Shown: piece after piece, positions 56,691 through 64,000 of the stretch
Position numbering within the stretch: position 1 is the stretch's first letter
Layout: the number at the start of each line of letters is the position of its first letter
NCBI GenBank assembly: GCA_041537945.1
Contig: JBGOEK010000005.1
Location: 6,445-70,444, forward strand
Source: Candidatus Thermosaccharophagus yellowstonensis
GTDB taxonomy: Bacteria > Armatimonadota > Fervidibacteria > Fervidibacterales > Thermosaccharophagaceae
Direction: 5' to 3'
DNA length: 64,000 nucleotides
Program-made: the position numbers and the translations under genes
Notes under the pieces: model-generated
What the model saw: the letters and a program-made list of their open reading frames with translations, nothing else
What the model was told of the DNA's origin: nothing
The model's database searches: none

Positions 56691-56786
56691 CTTACCATAC
56701 TATGTCAACATGTGCTACACTTGCTGATGTAAGATTTCCAACTGGATGCGATTTACAGCTATGTTCTGCGGGTAGGTGCTAAATGG

Positions 56787-57509
56787 ATGGAAGGGGGAAG
56801 GGTTGAAAGGTTTGCGGTCTACATTCCGAGTGAGGGTGATTTGTCGTTCTTCACAATCCAGTTTGATGTTACGCGTTTGGAAACGCTCATTGAGAGGACT
56901 TTGAGCAAGAGGGGGCTTTGGAAGCTCATTGGCAATTTGCTTCCTGTCGGGGTGAAAGTGCCGATACGAGGCGGGGAAAAAGTTGATGTGCTCGCTTTAG
57001 ATGCATATCGAAACTGCGTTGGCGTCCTCTTTGACTTCAACCCAGCAAGCTCAATCGTGCTCACTGTTGGCAGAGCCATACTTGTAGCGTCGTGGCTTGA
57101 AGGTTTATCATACGCTGATGTTCGGCGCATAGCGAGGGATTGGTGGGCAGATGAATCCGCCGACTTGGAGTCCGTCTTTCAACAAGCCTTCGGTGAAACA
57201 GCTGTTGAGCAAGCAACCACAGAACCGCAAGGGCGAGCCACAGTCGGCTTCAACGAACGCCCGAGGGTGGCAATTGTGACAGTCCAAAAAGAAGGCTTGG
57301 CAGAGCTTCAACGCTATTTGCTCAGGCAGGGTATCTCCGTTGAGATAGCTCAGGTGGAAGCTTTTACAAGCCCTTCAGGGAACGCTATCATTTTTGTCGA
57401 ACCCATAAGCTCAACAACCATCCAACCGAAACAACCAAGCCAACCAAGAAGGGAAATCTTAGGCATGACACATTCGTTCTTGAGCTCAATAGTTGAGCGG
57501 GAAGAATGA
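56787..57509 (+). CDS. Hypothetical protein with degenerate PD-(D/E)xK / NucS-like core
   Basis: GEKVDVLALDAYRNCVGVLFDFNPAS...VGRAILVASWL follows the layout G.iDllA.D..g.lvviElK....v.Q...Y..w, but has F-D-F where E-x-K is expected. Confidence 0.35.
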   Translation: MEGGRVERFAVYIPSEGDLSFFTIQFDVTRLETLIERTLSKRGLWKLIGNLLPVGVKVPIRGGEKVDVLALDAYRNCVGVLFDFNPASSIVLTVGRAILVASWLEGLSYADVRRIARDWWADESADLESVFQQAFGETAVEQATTEPQGRATVGFNERPRVAIVTVQKEGLAELQRYLLRQGISVEIAQVEAFTSPSGNAIIFVEPISSTTIQPKQPSQPRREILGMTHSFLSSIVEREE

Positions 57510-57546
57510 AGGGGCATCACAAAAGACAAGAGGAGGGCAGTGAGAG

Positions 57547-59331
57547 ATGCTACTGAGGCAACAGTTACAGCCATCGCCACAACTCCACTCAAAAGACTTC
57601 TTCGAACTCATTATGGATGTCATCTTCACGCTCGTTGACGGCGATATAGGCTCAGTGGTCGTCTATGACAGGCTGTCGGATACGCCTCATGTGCTCGTTG
57701 AGAGAGCTTTGACAAGGCATGGTGCACAACTCCTTACAGATGCTCGCATTATACAGCTCATGAAGAAGGTGGTGCGTGAAGGGAAGGCAATAATCATGGA
57801 TTCGGGGAGAGCTTCAGATGAAGAGTTGAGCTGGCTAAGGCAATATGGCATCAGCGCATTGATCGTCTCGCCTATGGTAGGCGTCAGTGATGTCGTAGGT
57901 GCTATATGCGTGGCGAGCAGGACGAGGAAACGGTTCAAGCAAAGCGAGGTTGAAACAGTTTGCCAGATAACGAGCAAGCTTGGCGAGCTGTTTCTCAGCC
58001 TCTTACCAATTCCTTCCGACCACATATCACTGCGGCGCTACCTTGAATCAACTGCTTCCATTGACACATCTCAATTGCTTGAGCGGAGTCTGGATATGCT
58101 TTTGCATCTTGGTTTGCTTGTAACGCAATGTGAAGTCGGTGCATTCGTCCTGTGCTCTCCGCGAACCAAGAGGGTCAAAACAATCATCATGCACGGCAAT
58201 AGAGAAGTTGTTGAGAGGCTCAAAGAACATCTTAAAGCGCACTTGAACGAAACCGAAGTCGAGGCGTTCACTATTGAGGATGTTCATCGGGTGCTTTCGT
58301 CCTTTATGAAGCACTACTTTGCCTCCGTGGCTAACTCCTCTGGGACTGTGGGAGGGTTCTTCCTTTTTGGCGATGGAAACGATTTCCCCCCTGGCAGGAA
58401 ACAACAGGTTGTAACTCAAATAGCCGTATTCACTGGGACTGTCATTGAGCGAATTGCGTCAATGTATGTGCTTGAGCGAGCCATATGGACTGACCCAGTG
58501 ACGGGTTTGGTCAACAGGCAATGCTGGCTCGCAAAAACTGAAGAGGAGCTCGCAAGGGCACGACGAATGAACTTGCCAGTGAGCGTCGTCCTGATCGACC
58601 TTGATGGGTTTAAAGCTATCAACGACTTCTTAGGGCATGCCAAGGGCGACATCGTCTTGAGGCATGTTGGTAGCGTGTTGAGGAAGCATGTCAGGCGCTA
58701 TGATGTGGTTGCAAGGCTTGGCGGCGACGAGTTTGCTATACTCCTCCCTGCAACACCACCTTCTGGAGCGATGGTTGTTGCTGAGAGAGTAAGGAGCTTG
58801 ATTGAGAGCTTGGACTTGAGCAATGTGCTTGGTTGTGCCACCCGCTTGACAGCGAGTATAGGAGTTGCAACTGCTCCAAGTGCGGGTGAGACACCCGAGA
58901 AGTTGCTTGAGGCAGCAGATAGAGCTCTAACAACTGCAAAACACCTCGGCAAAAACAGGATAGTGAGGGATGAGAGGAGTAAAGAGAATGGCGAGATGGC
59001 TTGGGCTAACATCTCGCTCATGTTTGATACTCGCCTGATGAAATGGTTCGTGAACAGGATATGCCACGAGATAAATAACCCAGCCCAAGGCATACTCGGA
59101 ATAATTGAGTTGCTCCTTCGGCGTGATGAAATGACTGCGGAGGATGTCAAAGACGAGCTCCTCAAGGTTCAAAACCTCGTGTTGCGAATCCGCAGTGTAA
59201 CTCATAACCTTGCCACTGCCTCACATGCCGACCTTGTTAAATACGCGCAGGAGTTCGCGGAAACGATGAGGCGCATATCGCATGAAGAGAATTCCGAGGG
59301 CAACGAGACCGCAAAGGAAGCCGATGCTTAA
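57547..59331 (+). CDS. GAF-GAF-GGDEF diguanylate cyclase with C-terminal orphan HisKA/DHp segment
   Basis: GGDEF at aa 392-396 (58720-58734). RRYD I-site five residues upstream. H-box FVNRICHEINNPAQGILGIIELLL (His507 codon 59065-59067). The protein ends 87 aa later with no ATPase boxes. Confidence 0.88.
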   Translation: MLLRQQLQPSPQLHSKDFFELIMDVIFTLVDGDIGSVVVYDRLSDTPHVLVERALTRHGAQLLTDARIIQLMKKVVREGKAIIMDSGRASDEELSWLRQYGISALIVSPMVGVSDVVGAICVASRTRKRFKQSEVETVCQITSKLGELFLSLLPIPSDHISLRRYLESTASIDTSQLLERSLDMLLHLGLLVTQCEVGAFVLCSPRTKRVKTIIMHGNREVVERLKEHLKAHLNETEVEAFTIEDVHRVLSSFMKHYFASVANSSGTVGGFFLFGDGNDFPPGRKQQVVTQIAVFTGTVIERIASMYVLERAIWTDPVTGLVNRQCWLAKTEEELARARRMNLPVSVVLIDLDGFKAINDFLGHAKGDIVLRHVGSVLRKHVRRYDVVARLGGDEFAILLPATPPSGAMVVAERVRSLIESLDLSNVLGCATRLTASIGVATAPSAGETPEKLLEAADRALTTAKHLGKNRIVRDERSKENGEMAWANISLMFDTRLMKWFVNRICHEINNPAQGILGIIELLLRRDEMTAEDVKDELLKVQNLVLRIRSVTHNLATASHADLVKYAQEFAETMRRISHEENSEGNETAKEADA

Positions 59332-59393
59332 ACAACGCAGGCAACACCGTCTAAGTCATCACCACATCAAAAATGCAACAGGGGTGAAAGCGA

Positions 59394-60878
59394 GTGGAAG
59401 AAACAGTTTGGGCGGAGAAAGCCCCCGAGAAGATACGCATTGCAATCATTGAAGACGACGAAGCTGTAAGGGAAGTTTGCAGGAGGGCTTTAAGTCGTCG
59501 TTCCCACGAAGTAATTGAGTTTAGCGACGGTGCATCAGCGTTAGAGGCATCAAAGAAAGAGGCGTTTGACATAGCCATCGTTGACTGGGTCCTCCCAGAC
59601 TACGATGGGTTCTCGCTCTTCCAAAGGCTAAAGGAGAGGTCGCCAAACCTCGTTGGGATAGCGCTCACTGGGCAAAGCATGCGCGATGTCGTTGTTAAAT
59701 CACTCGGTGTCGGCATGCTTTGGGTGTTGATCAAGCCATTCACGATAGCGGAGCTGATATCGGTTGTGGATACGGCGTGCAATTATGTGAGTATCGTAAA
59801 CAGCGCTAACCAATTGAGGGCGAGGACTGAAGTAGCCGAAACATTGCTCCGTGAGGTTGACCTTGAGAGGCTTGGGGAACACCTAACTCAAATTGCAATT
59901 GAGCAAACATGCTCAAATGCAGCATCGTTGCTCGTTGCGGATAGGTTGCGAGGATGCCTGAGAATCGTTGCTGCAGTAGGCATACCGTTAACTACGAGGA
60001 ACATTGAGGTGAAGCCGACGGCTGGCATAGTTGGGCTCGCGATCCAGATGCGTAAGCCAATCGTAATCAACAGTGAAATGGTGAAGCATGCATACATAGC
60101 TCAAAGGCTTCGCTATGGTGGCAGGGGAAGCGCGATATCCTTCCCACTCGTTGAGGACGAGGATGTGAACGGAATCCTCAATATAACGCGCTGGGAAGAC
60201 GAACCGCAGTTCAAAGAGAGCGATGTCGAAGCGTTTAAGTGGTTCATAGCGTGGACGACGAAAGTAGTTTCGCGCTCCCTGCAGTATGAAATGCTCAAGG
60301 AGAGCTTCTTCAACACGGCTCGCTTGCTCATCTCGCTTCAAGAGGCTCAAGACCCATATAGGCGCTCGCATTCGGAGAGGGTCGCTGAGTATGCATGTGC
60401 TCTGGCGAGTTTCGTTGGTTGCTCACAAAGGGAGATTGAAACAGTGAAAGCCTCCGCTTTCCTCTACCAGATAGGTTTGCACCTAATTGACAAGAGCATA
60501 CTCCATAAAAAGGGCAAGCTCACTGAGGCTGAATATGAGCAGGTAAAACGATATCCTGAGTTGACCATTCAAGCACTCGGTGATGTCCCATTCATTTGGG
60601 ATGTGCGTGAAATCATCTTAGCCCATCGTGAGCACTACGATGGCAGTGGTTATCCACATGGGAGGGGCGGCGAAGAGATACCATTTTTGGCTCGCTTGCT
60701 CTCTGTGGCTGATACTTATGTTGCGCTCACCTCTCCAAGACCGCATCGCCCAGCGATGAGTGAAGAGAGCGCAAAGGAAGAGCTGTTGAAGATGGCAGGG
60801 AAAGAGCTTGACCCTGAGCTAACCAAAACTTTCGTCAAACACATCCTTGAGGGCTTAAAGCGCAGGGAAGCTCTGTGA
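59394..60878 (+). CDS. Response regulator: REC + GAF + HD-GYP-family domain with YQ replacing the HD dyad
   Basis: REC (IAIIEDDE, IAIVDWVLPDYDG, ALTGQ, IKPF). C-terminal HSERVAEYA...FLYQIGLHLIDKSILHKKGKLT...AHREHYDGSGYPHGR...PFLARLLSVADTYVALTSPRPHR. Confidence 0.85.
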   Translation: MEETVWAEKAPEKIRIAIIEDDEAVREVCRRALSRRSHEVIEFSDGASALEASKKEAFDIAIVDWVLPDYDGFSLFQRLKERSPNLVGIALTGQSMRDVVVKSLGVGMLWVLIKPFTIAELISVVDTACNYVSIVNSANQLRARTEVAETLLREVDLERLGEHLTQIAIEQTCSNAASLLVADRLRGCLRIVAAVGIPLTTRNIEVKPTAGIVGLAIQMRKPIVINSEMVKHAYIAQRLRYGGRGSAISFPLVEDEDVNGILNITRWEDEPQFKESDVEAFKWFIAWTTKVVSRSLQYEMLKESFFNTARLLISLQEAQDPYRRSHSERVAEYACALASFVGCSQREIETVKASAFLYQIGLHLIDKSILHKKGKLTEAEYEQVKRYPELTIQALGDVPFIWDVREIILAHREHYDGSGYPHGRGGEEIPFLARLLSVADTYVALTSPRPHRPAMSEESAKEELLKMAGKELDPELTKTFVKHILEGLKRREAL

Positions 60879-61615
60879 TTCGGATTGCGCTTCTAAGGGG
60901 AAGTGACGAGGCGATGGTGCTCTATGTGGACATGAACTTCTTTGAAGACTACAAGCGTGGTGATGGGCGCTTCTCACACAAGCTTCGGTTTGAAGAGCTA
61001 AGCGGTGAACCATGTCTTGTCCTCAACTACACGCAACTATCGAAAGCTTTGATTGAAGAGCTTTCACCGAAGGCGCTCATACTGAGTGGCTTTGGGCGCT
61101 CTTTCGAAGACTATGATGTGCGTAGTTTCTACGAACTCAACGACATATTGCATGAGACCGAGATACCAACACTTGCAATATGTGGTAGCCATCAACTCCT
61201 CGGCTTCCTCTTCAGCCTTAACATAAGGGCTGTTGAGCGTTTACATGATCAGCCAATGAGGAAGCTTCGCCCGGGAGAACCAGACCCTTCACCAACTGCG
61301 TATCATCCGGGCTACTTCAAGGAGGAGGGCTTCTATCCAGTGACGATAGTCAAAGACGACCCATTGTTTGATGGCTTGAGCAACCCGTTTTGGGTTCGTG
61401 AATCGCATTACTGTGAGGTTAAGGAACTGCCGCCAGATTTTGAGCTTCTCGCATCCACTCCAGAATGCCGAATACAGGCGATGAGGCATTGTAGCAAATG
61501 CCTTTACGGAGTCCAGTTTCACCCAGAGGCATATGTTGAGCCTTACATGGATGGGAAGCTGATCTTGGAAAACTTCTTCAAGCTTGCCCGCACAAAGCGT
61601 TTTCCGTCAGGATAA
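60875..61615 (+). CDS. Class-I glutamine amidotransferase-like protein
   Basis: Nucleophile elbow in LAICGSHQLLG and His-Glu in GVQFHPE. GTG overlaps the upstream stop (GTGA). Confidence 0.7.
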   Translation: MIRIALLRGSDEAMVLYVDMNFFEDYKRGDGRFSHKLRFEELSGEPCLVLNYTQLSKALIEELSPKALILSGFGRSFEDYDVRSFYELNDILHETEIPTLAICGSHQLLGFLFSLNIRAVERLHDQPMRKLRPGEPDPSPTAYHPGYFKEEGFYPVTIVKDDPLFDGLSNPFWVRESHYCEVKELPPDFELLASTPECRIQAMRHCSKCLYGVQFHPEAYVEPYMDGKLILENFFKLARTKRFPSG

Positions 61616-61628
61616 AACCTCAGGATGA

Positions 61629-62636
61629 CTACACACCCTCCCCTGGTAGCTCCACATTCCTTAGGTGGGTAGCGTTTTCCTCCGGCAGGCTTACATTGAT
61701 GCTTATCCCTGAGCCAAGCTCAAACCCAGCCGGTGTTGTCAGCCTCGGCACAATCCTCACATACCAGTGGTAGAACGGCTCGCCAGCTGAGAAGTGCGGT
61801 GCGCTATGTAGCACGAAGTTGTAATCTGGTTGGTTTAATCCGATGTGCAGTTTTAGCAGGGCTACCTTGAGGGCATCAGCGAGGGCGCTCAATTCATCGC
61901 CGCGCAACTCCGAAAACGAAGCTTGATGACGCAACGGTATGACCCATACCTCGTATGGGAAGGATGCAGCGTATGGCACGAGACACAAAAAATGTTCATT
62001 GCTCCAAAACACCCTCACACCTTCTTTCAGCTCATATTCCAAGATGTCGCAAACAGCGCACCTACCGAGGGCGTCGTAATGCCTCTCAAGTTCATACATG
62101 TAACGCCTTATGTGGAGCGGTATGAAGGGCATGCCAATCAGCTGTGAATGCGGATGCACAAGCGATGTTCCAGCCCTCTCCCCTTGATTGCGGAAGATGA
62201 TTATGAGCGAGCAATATGGCTCTTTGCTCAGCTCACAAAACCTCTCGTAATACGCTTGCACGACAAGCTCCACATGTTGCCTGCTCAATGTGGCTATCGT
62301 CTCGTTATGCTGAGGCGTCTCAATTATCACTTCATGTTTACCCACACCATCCATGCGCAAGTAAATGCCATCTCGCAGTCTTCTCGGTTGCCCGTTTGGG
62401 ACGAGTGCAGGGAACTTGTTTGGCACTATCCTAACGAGCCATCCGCTCTCGCCCTCATACTTTAGCACTTCTTTCGGTGTCATACTCTCGTTGCCGGGGC
62501 AGAAGGGGCAGGATGGATCATGTGGTGGTAACTTCCTTGGCTCTGACTTGCGTGAGAACTCCTCAGGGCGCTTCGCCCTCTCAGTGGCAATGATCACCCA
62601 TTCCTTCGTCACGAGATTTTGCCTAACCTCTGGCAT
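61629..62636 (-). CDS. Second GalT-type hexose-1-phosphate nucleotidyltransferase (HIT family)
   Basis: NLVTKEWVIIATERAKRP, CPFCPGNE, LVHPHSQLIG. ATG follows GGAGGTG. Confidence 0.8.
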   Translation of the reverse strand: MPEVRQNLVTKEWVIIATERAKRPEEFSRKSEPRKLPPHDPSCPFCPGNESMTPKEVLKYEGESGWLVRIVPNKFPALVPNGQPRRLRDGIYLRMDGVGKHEVIIETPQHNETIATLSRQHVELVVQAYYERFCELSKEPYCSLIIIFRNQGERAGTSLVHPHSQLIGMPFIPLHIRRYMYELERHYDALGRCAVCDILEYELKEGVRVFWSNEHFLCLVPYAASFPYEVWVIPLRHQASFSELRGDELSALADALKVALLKLHIGLNQPDYNFVLHSAPHFSAGEPFYHWYVRIVPRLTTPAGFELGSGISINVSLPEENATHLRNVELPGEGV

Positions 62637-62797
62637 GGTGAAAGCACCTCCTCACGATTGTGCAATCACAGTATGCACTCGGTTGCTTCGGATTATACAG
62701 CTCGGTTGGACAGATCGTTTGTGGCAAACCTGCATCATACTCATTGGTGTGCACGAACAAAGCATCAATTTAAATTTTTGTCAACCGAGGAGACACG

Positions 62798-63631
62798 GTG
62801 AAAATGGGTGCAGATAAGCCATTGGTGTCGGTGGTTATACCTGCTTACAATGAGCGCAATCGGTTGCCACAAACGCTCAAGCGGATAATCGACTATGCCC
62901 GCCAACGAAGACTGCATTGCGAGATCATCGTTGTCGATGACGGGAGTGAGGATGACACGAGTGAGGTTGCCTTGTTGACTGCCAACGAACTTTCCTTCGG
63001 TGACCTTCGGGTCATACGATACACGCCGAACATGGGCAAGGGGTTTGCCGTCAGGAGTGGCATGCTTGCCTCTCGCGGTCGCTTCATCCTGTTCACAGAT
63101 GCTGACCTCTCAACGCCCATTGAGGAACTTGATAAGCTACTAAAGCCGATTGCCGATGGATTGTGTGATATCGCGATTGCTTCAAGAGCGCTTCCTGACT
63201 CCAAGTTACAGGTGCGCCAACCGTTGTTCCGAGAACTCCTTGGGAGGGCTTTCAATGTCGTTGTGCAGGCTCTCCTTTTGCCCGGCATTAAAGACACTCA
63301 ATGTGGCTTCAAGTGCTTTAGGCGAGAGACAGCTTTTGATGTCTTTCCCAGACAGCGTGTGTTTGGCTTTGCGTTTGATGTTGAGATACTTTTCATTGCG
63401 AGGAAGCTCGGCTACCGCATCGTTGAAGTCCCAGTCTGTTGGATTAACTCGCCCGAAACGAAGGTCAAACTCTTCAAGCACGGTTTCCAGATGCTTCTAC
63501 ATGTGTTGCTGATAAGGTGGAATGCCTTCTGCGGGAAATATGGCACTGTGGCATCAGTGCCACACCTTGTGCACGCTACCGAGTTCTCTGCCAATCCACG
63601 GGCAACAACTAAGGAACTGAAGCGAGATTGA
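62798..63631 (+). CDS. Family-2 glycosyltransferase (dolichyl/polyprenyl-phosphate beta-glucosyltransferase-like)
   Basis: VSVVIPAYNERNRLPQTL, VVDDGSEDDT, FTDADLSTPIEEL, DTQCGFK. Confidence 0.85.
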   Translation: MKMGADKPLVSVVIPAYNERNRLPQTLKRIIDYARQRRLHCEIIVVDDGSEDDTSEVALLTANELSFGDLRVIRYTPNMGKGFAVRSGMLASRGRFILFTDADLSTPIEELDKLLKPIADGLCDIAIASRALPDSKLQVRQPLFRELLGRAFNVVVQALLLPGIKDTQCGFKCFRRETAFDVFPRQRVFGFAFDVEILFIARKLGYRIVEVPVCWINSPETKVKLFKHGFQMLLHVLLIRWNAFCGKYGTVASVPHLVHATEFSANPRATTKELKRD

Positions 63632-63674
63632 AGATTGCAAGCTCGCACTTACGAACGGCATAGCGCCACCGCTG

Positions 63675-64000
63675 TCATTCGCTTATCACTTGAGCGTCAA
63701 AGCGTAAGACAATAGCGCCTTCCTTCCATGCGTCCTTTTCCAAGCCGGCTTTTTCGCATGTTGCTTCGATGAATCTCACTCTGTCCCATCCAAACTCCGT
63801 TGCCACTTGAGGCAAAAGCAACCCAGAGTGTTTGCCCGAGATGACAACAAGTCCGTGTCTCCCGATCTCAATCTCGTCCAAACTGACTATCTCCTCAAGT
63901 CTTCCGAGGACGGTGACTTCAACATCGAGCTTCTCAACCTCTTCGGGTCTGACTGGCTCAAACCTCTTATCGTGGAGCGCAGCTGATATAGCTGCATCAA
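63675..64000 (-). CDS. AMMECR1-domain protein (5' end beyond window)
   Basis: I translated upstream of the ORF-track TTG: the frame stays open to base 64000 and reads AAISAALHDKRFEPVRPEEVEKLDVEVTVL...GRHGLVVISGKHSGLLLPQVATE. Confidence 0.85.
   Translation of the reverse strand, partial: DAAISAALHDKRFEPVRPEEVEKLDVEVTVLGRLEEIVSLDEIEIGRHGLVVISGKHSGLLLPQVATEFGWDRVRFIEATCEKAGLEKDAWKEGAIVLRFDAQVISE

Noticed and set aside
56691-56786. TPP riboswitch upstream of thiE
   Set aside because: The spacer is under 100 nt, is shared with a divergent gene, and contains none of the conserved THI-box segments.

Overview
Dense (about 90% coding), mostly housekeeping chromosomal window from a diderm bacterium. 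Strong GGAGGTGA-type Shine-Dalgarno sites are frequent. The proteins are rich in charged residues, which looks thermophile-like. A DUF1559/H-X9-DG pseudopilin, an LptD/LptFG pair, a secretin and large beta-barrel proteins suggest an Armatimonadota- or PVC-like lineage; this is inference only. I call 52 protein genes, one tRNA-Pro(GGG), one strong bidirectional intrinsic terminator, two promoter candidates and one intercistronic hairpin. Recognisable core functions: tetrapyrrole genes (cobA-hemD fusion, hemC, sirC-like), an aroK-aroB fusion, thiamine genes (thi4, thiE, thiL), ilvD, ftsY, dinG, holA, ruvX, hup, hypA/B/F, two GalT-type uridylyltransferases, UDP-xylose synthase and a GT2. I found no CRISPR array, rRNA, transposase, integrase or prophage signal. 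Five loci deserve a second look. (1) A same-strand cassette (56787-61615) holds a GAF-GGDEF cyclase ending in an orphan histidine-kinase DHp stub, then a REC-GAF protein whose HD-GYP domain reads YQ-GYP, flanked by a degenerate nuclease-fold protein and a translationally coupled GATase1. (2) A family of secreted multi-jelly-roll proteins appears three times (26365-27666, 23412-26354, 37297-40593); one copy also carries a DNRLRE-like domain and two PA14 domains. (3) An orphan zf-HC2 anti-sigma factor is coupled to a 921-aa predicted beta-barrel through a hairpin that sequesters the Shine-Dalgarno site. (4) An isolated LysM + 4xBON secretin. (5) hypA-hypB-hypF is followed by a ThiF/MoeB-type E1 gene instead of hypCDE. 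All family assignments come from motif recognition by eye; no searches were run.
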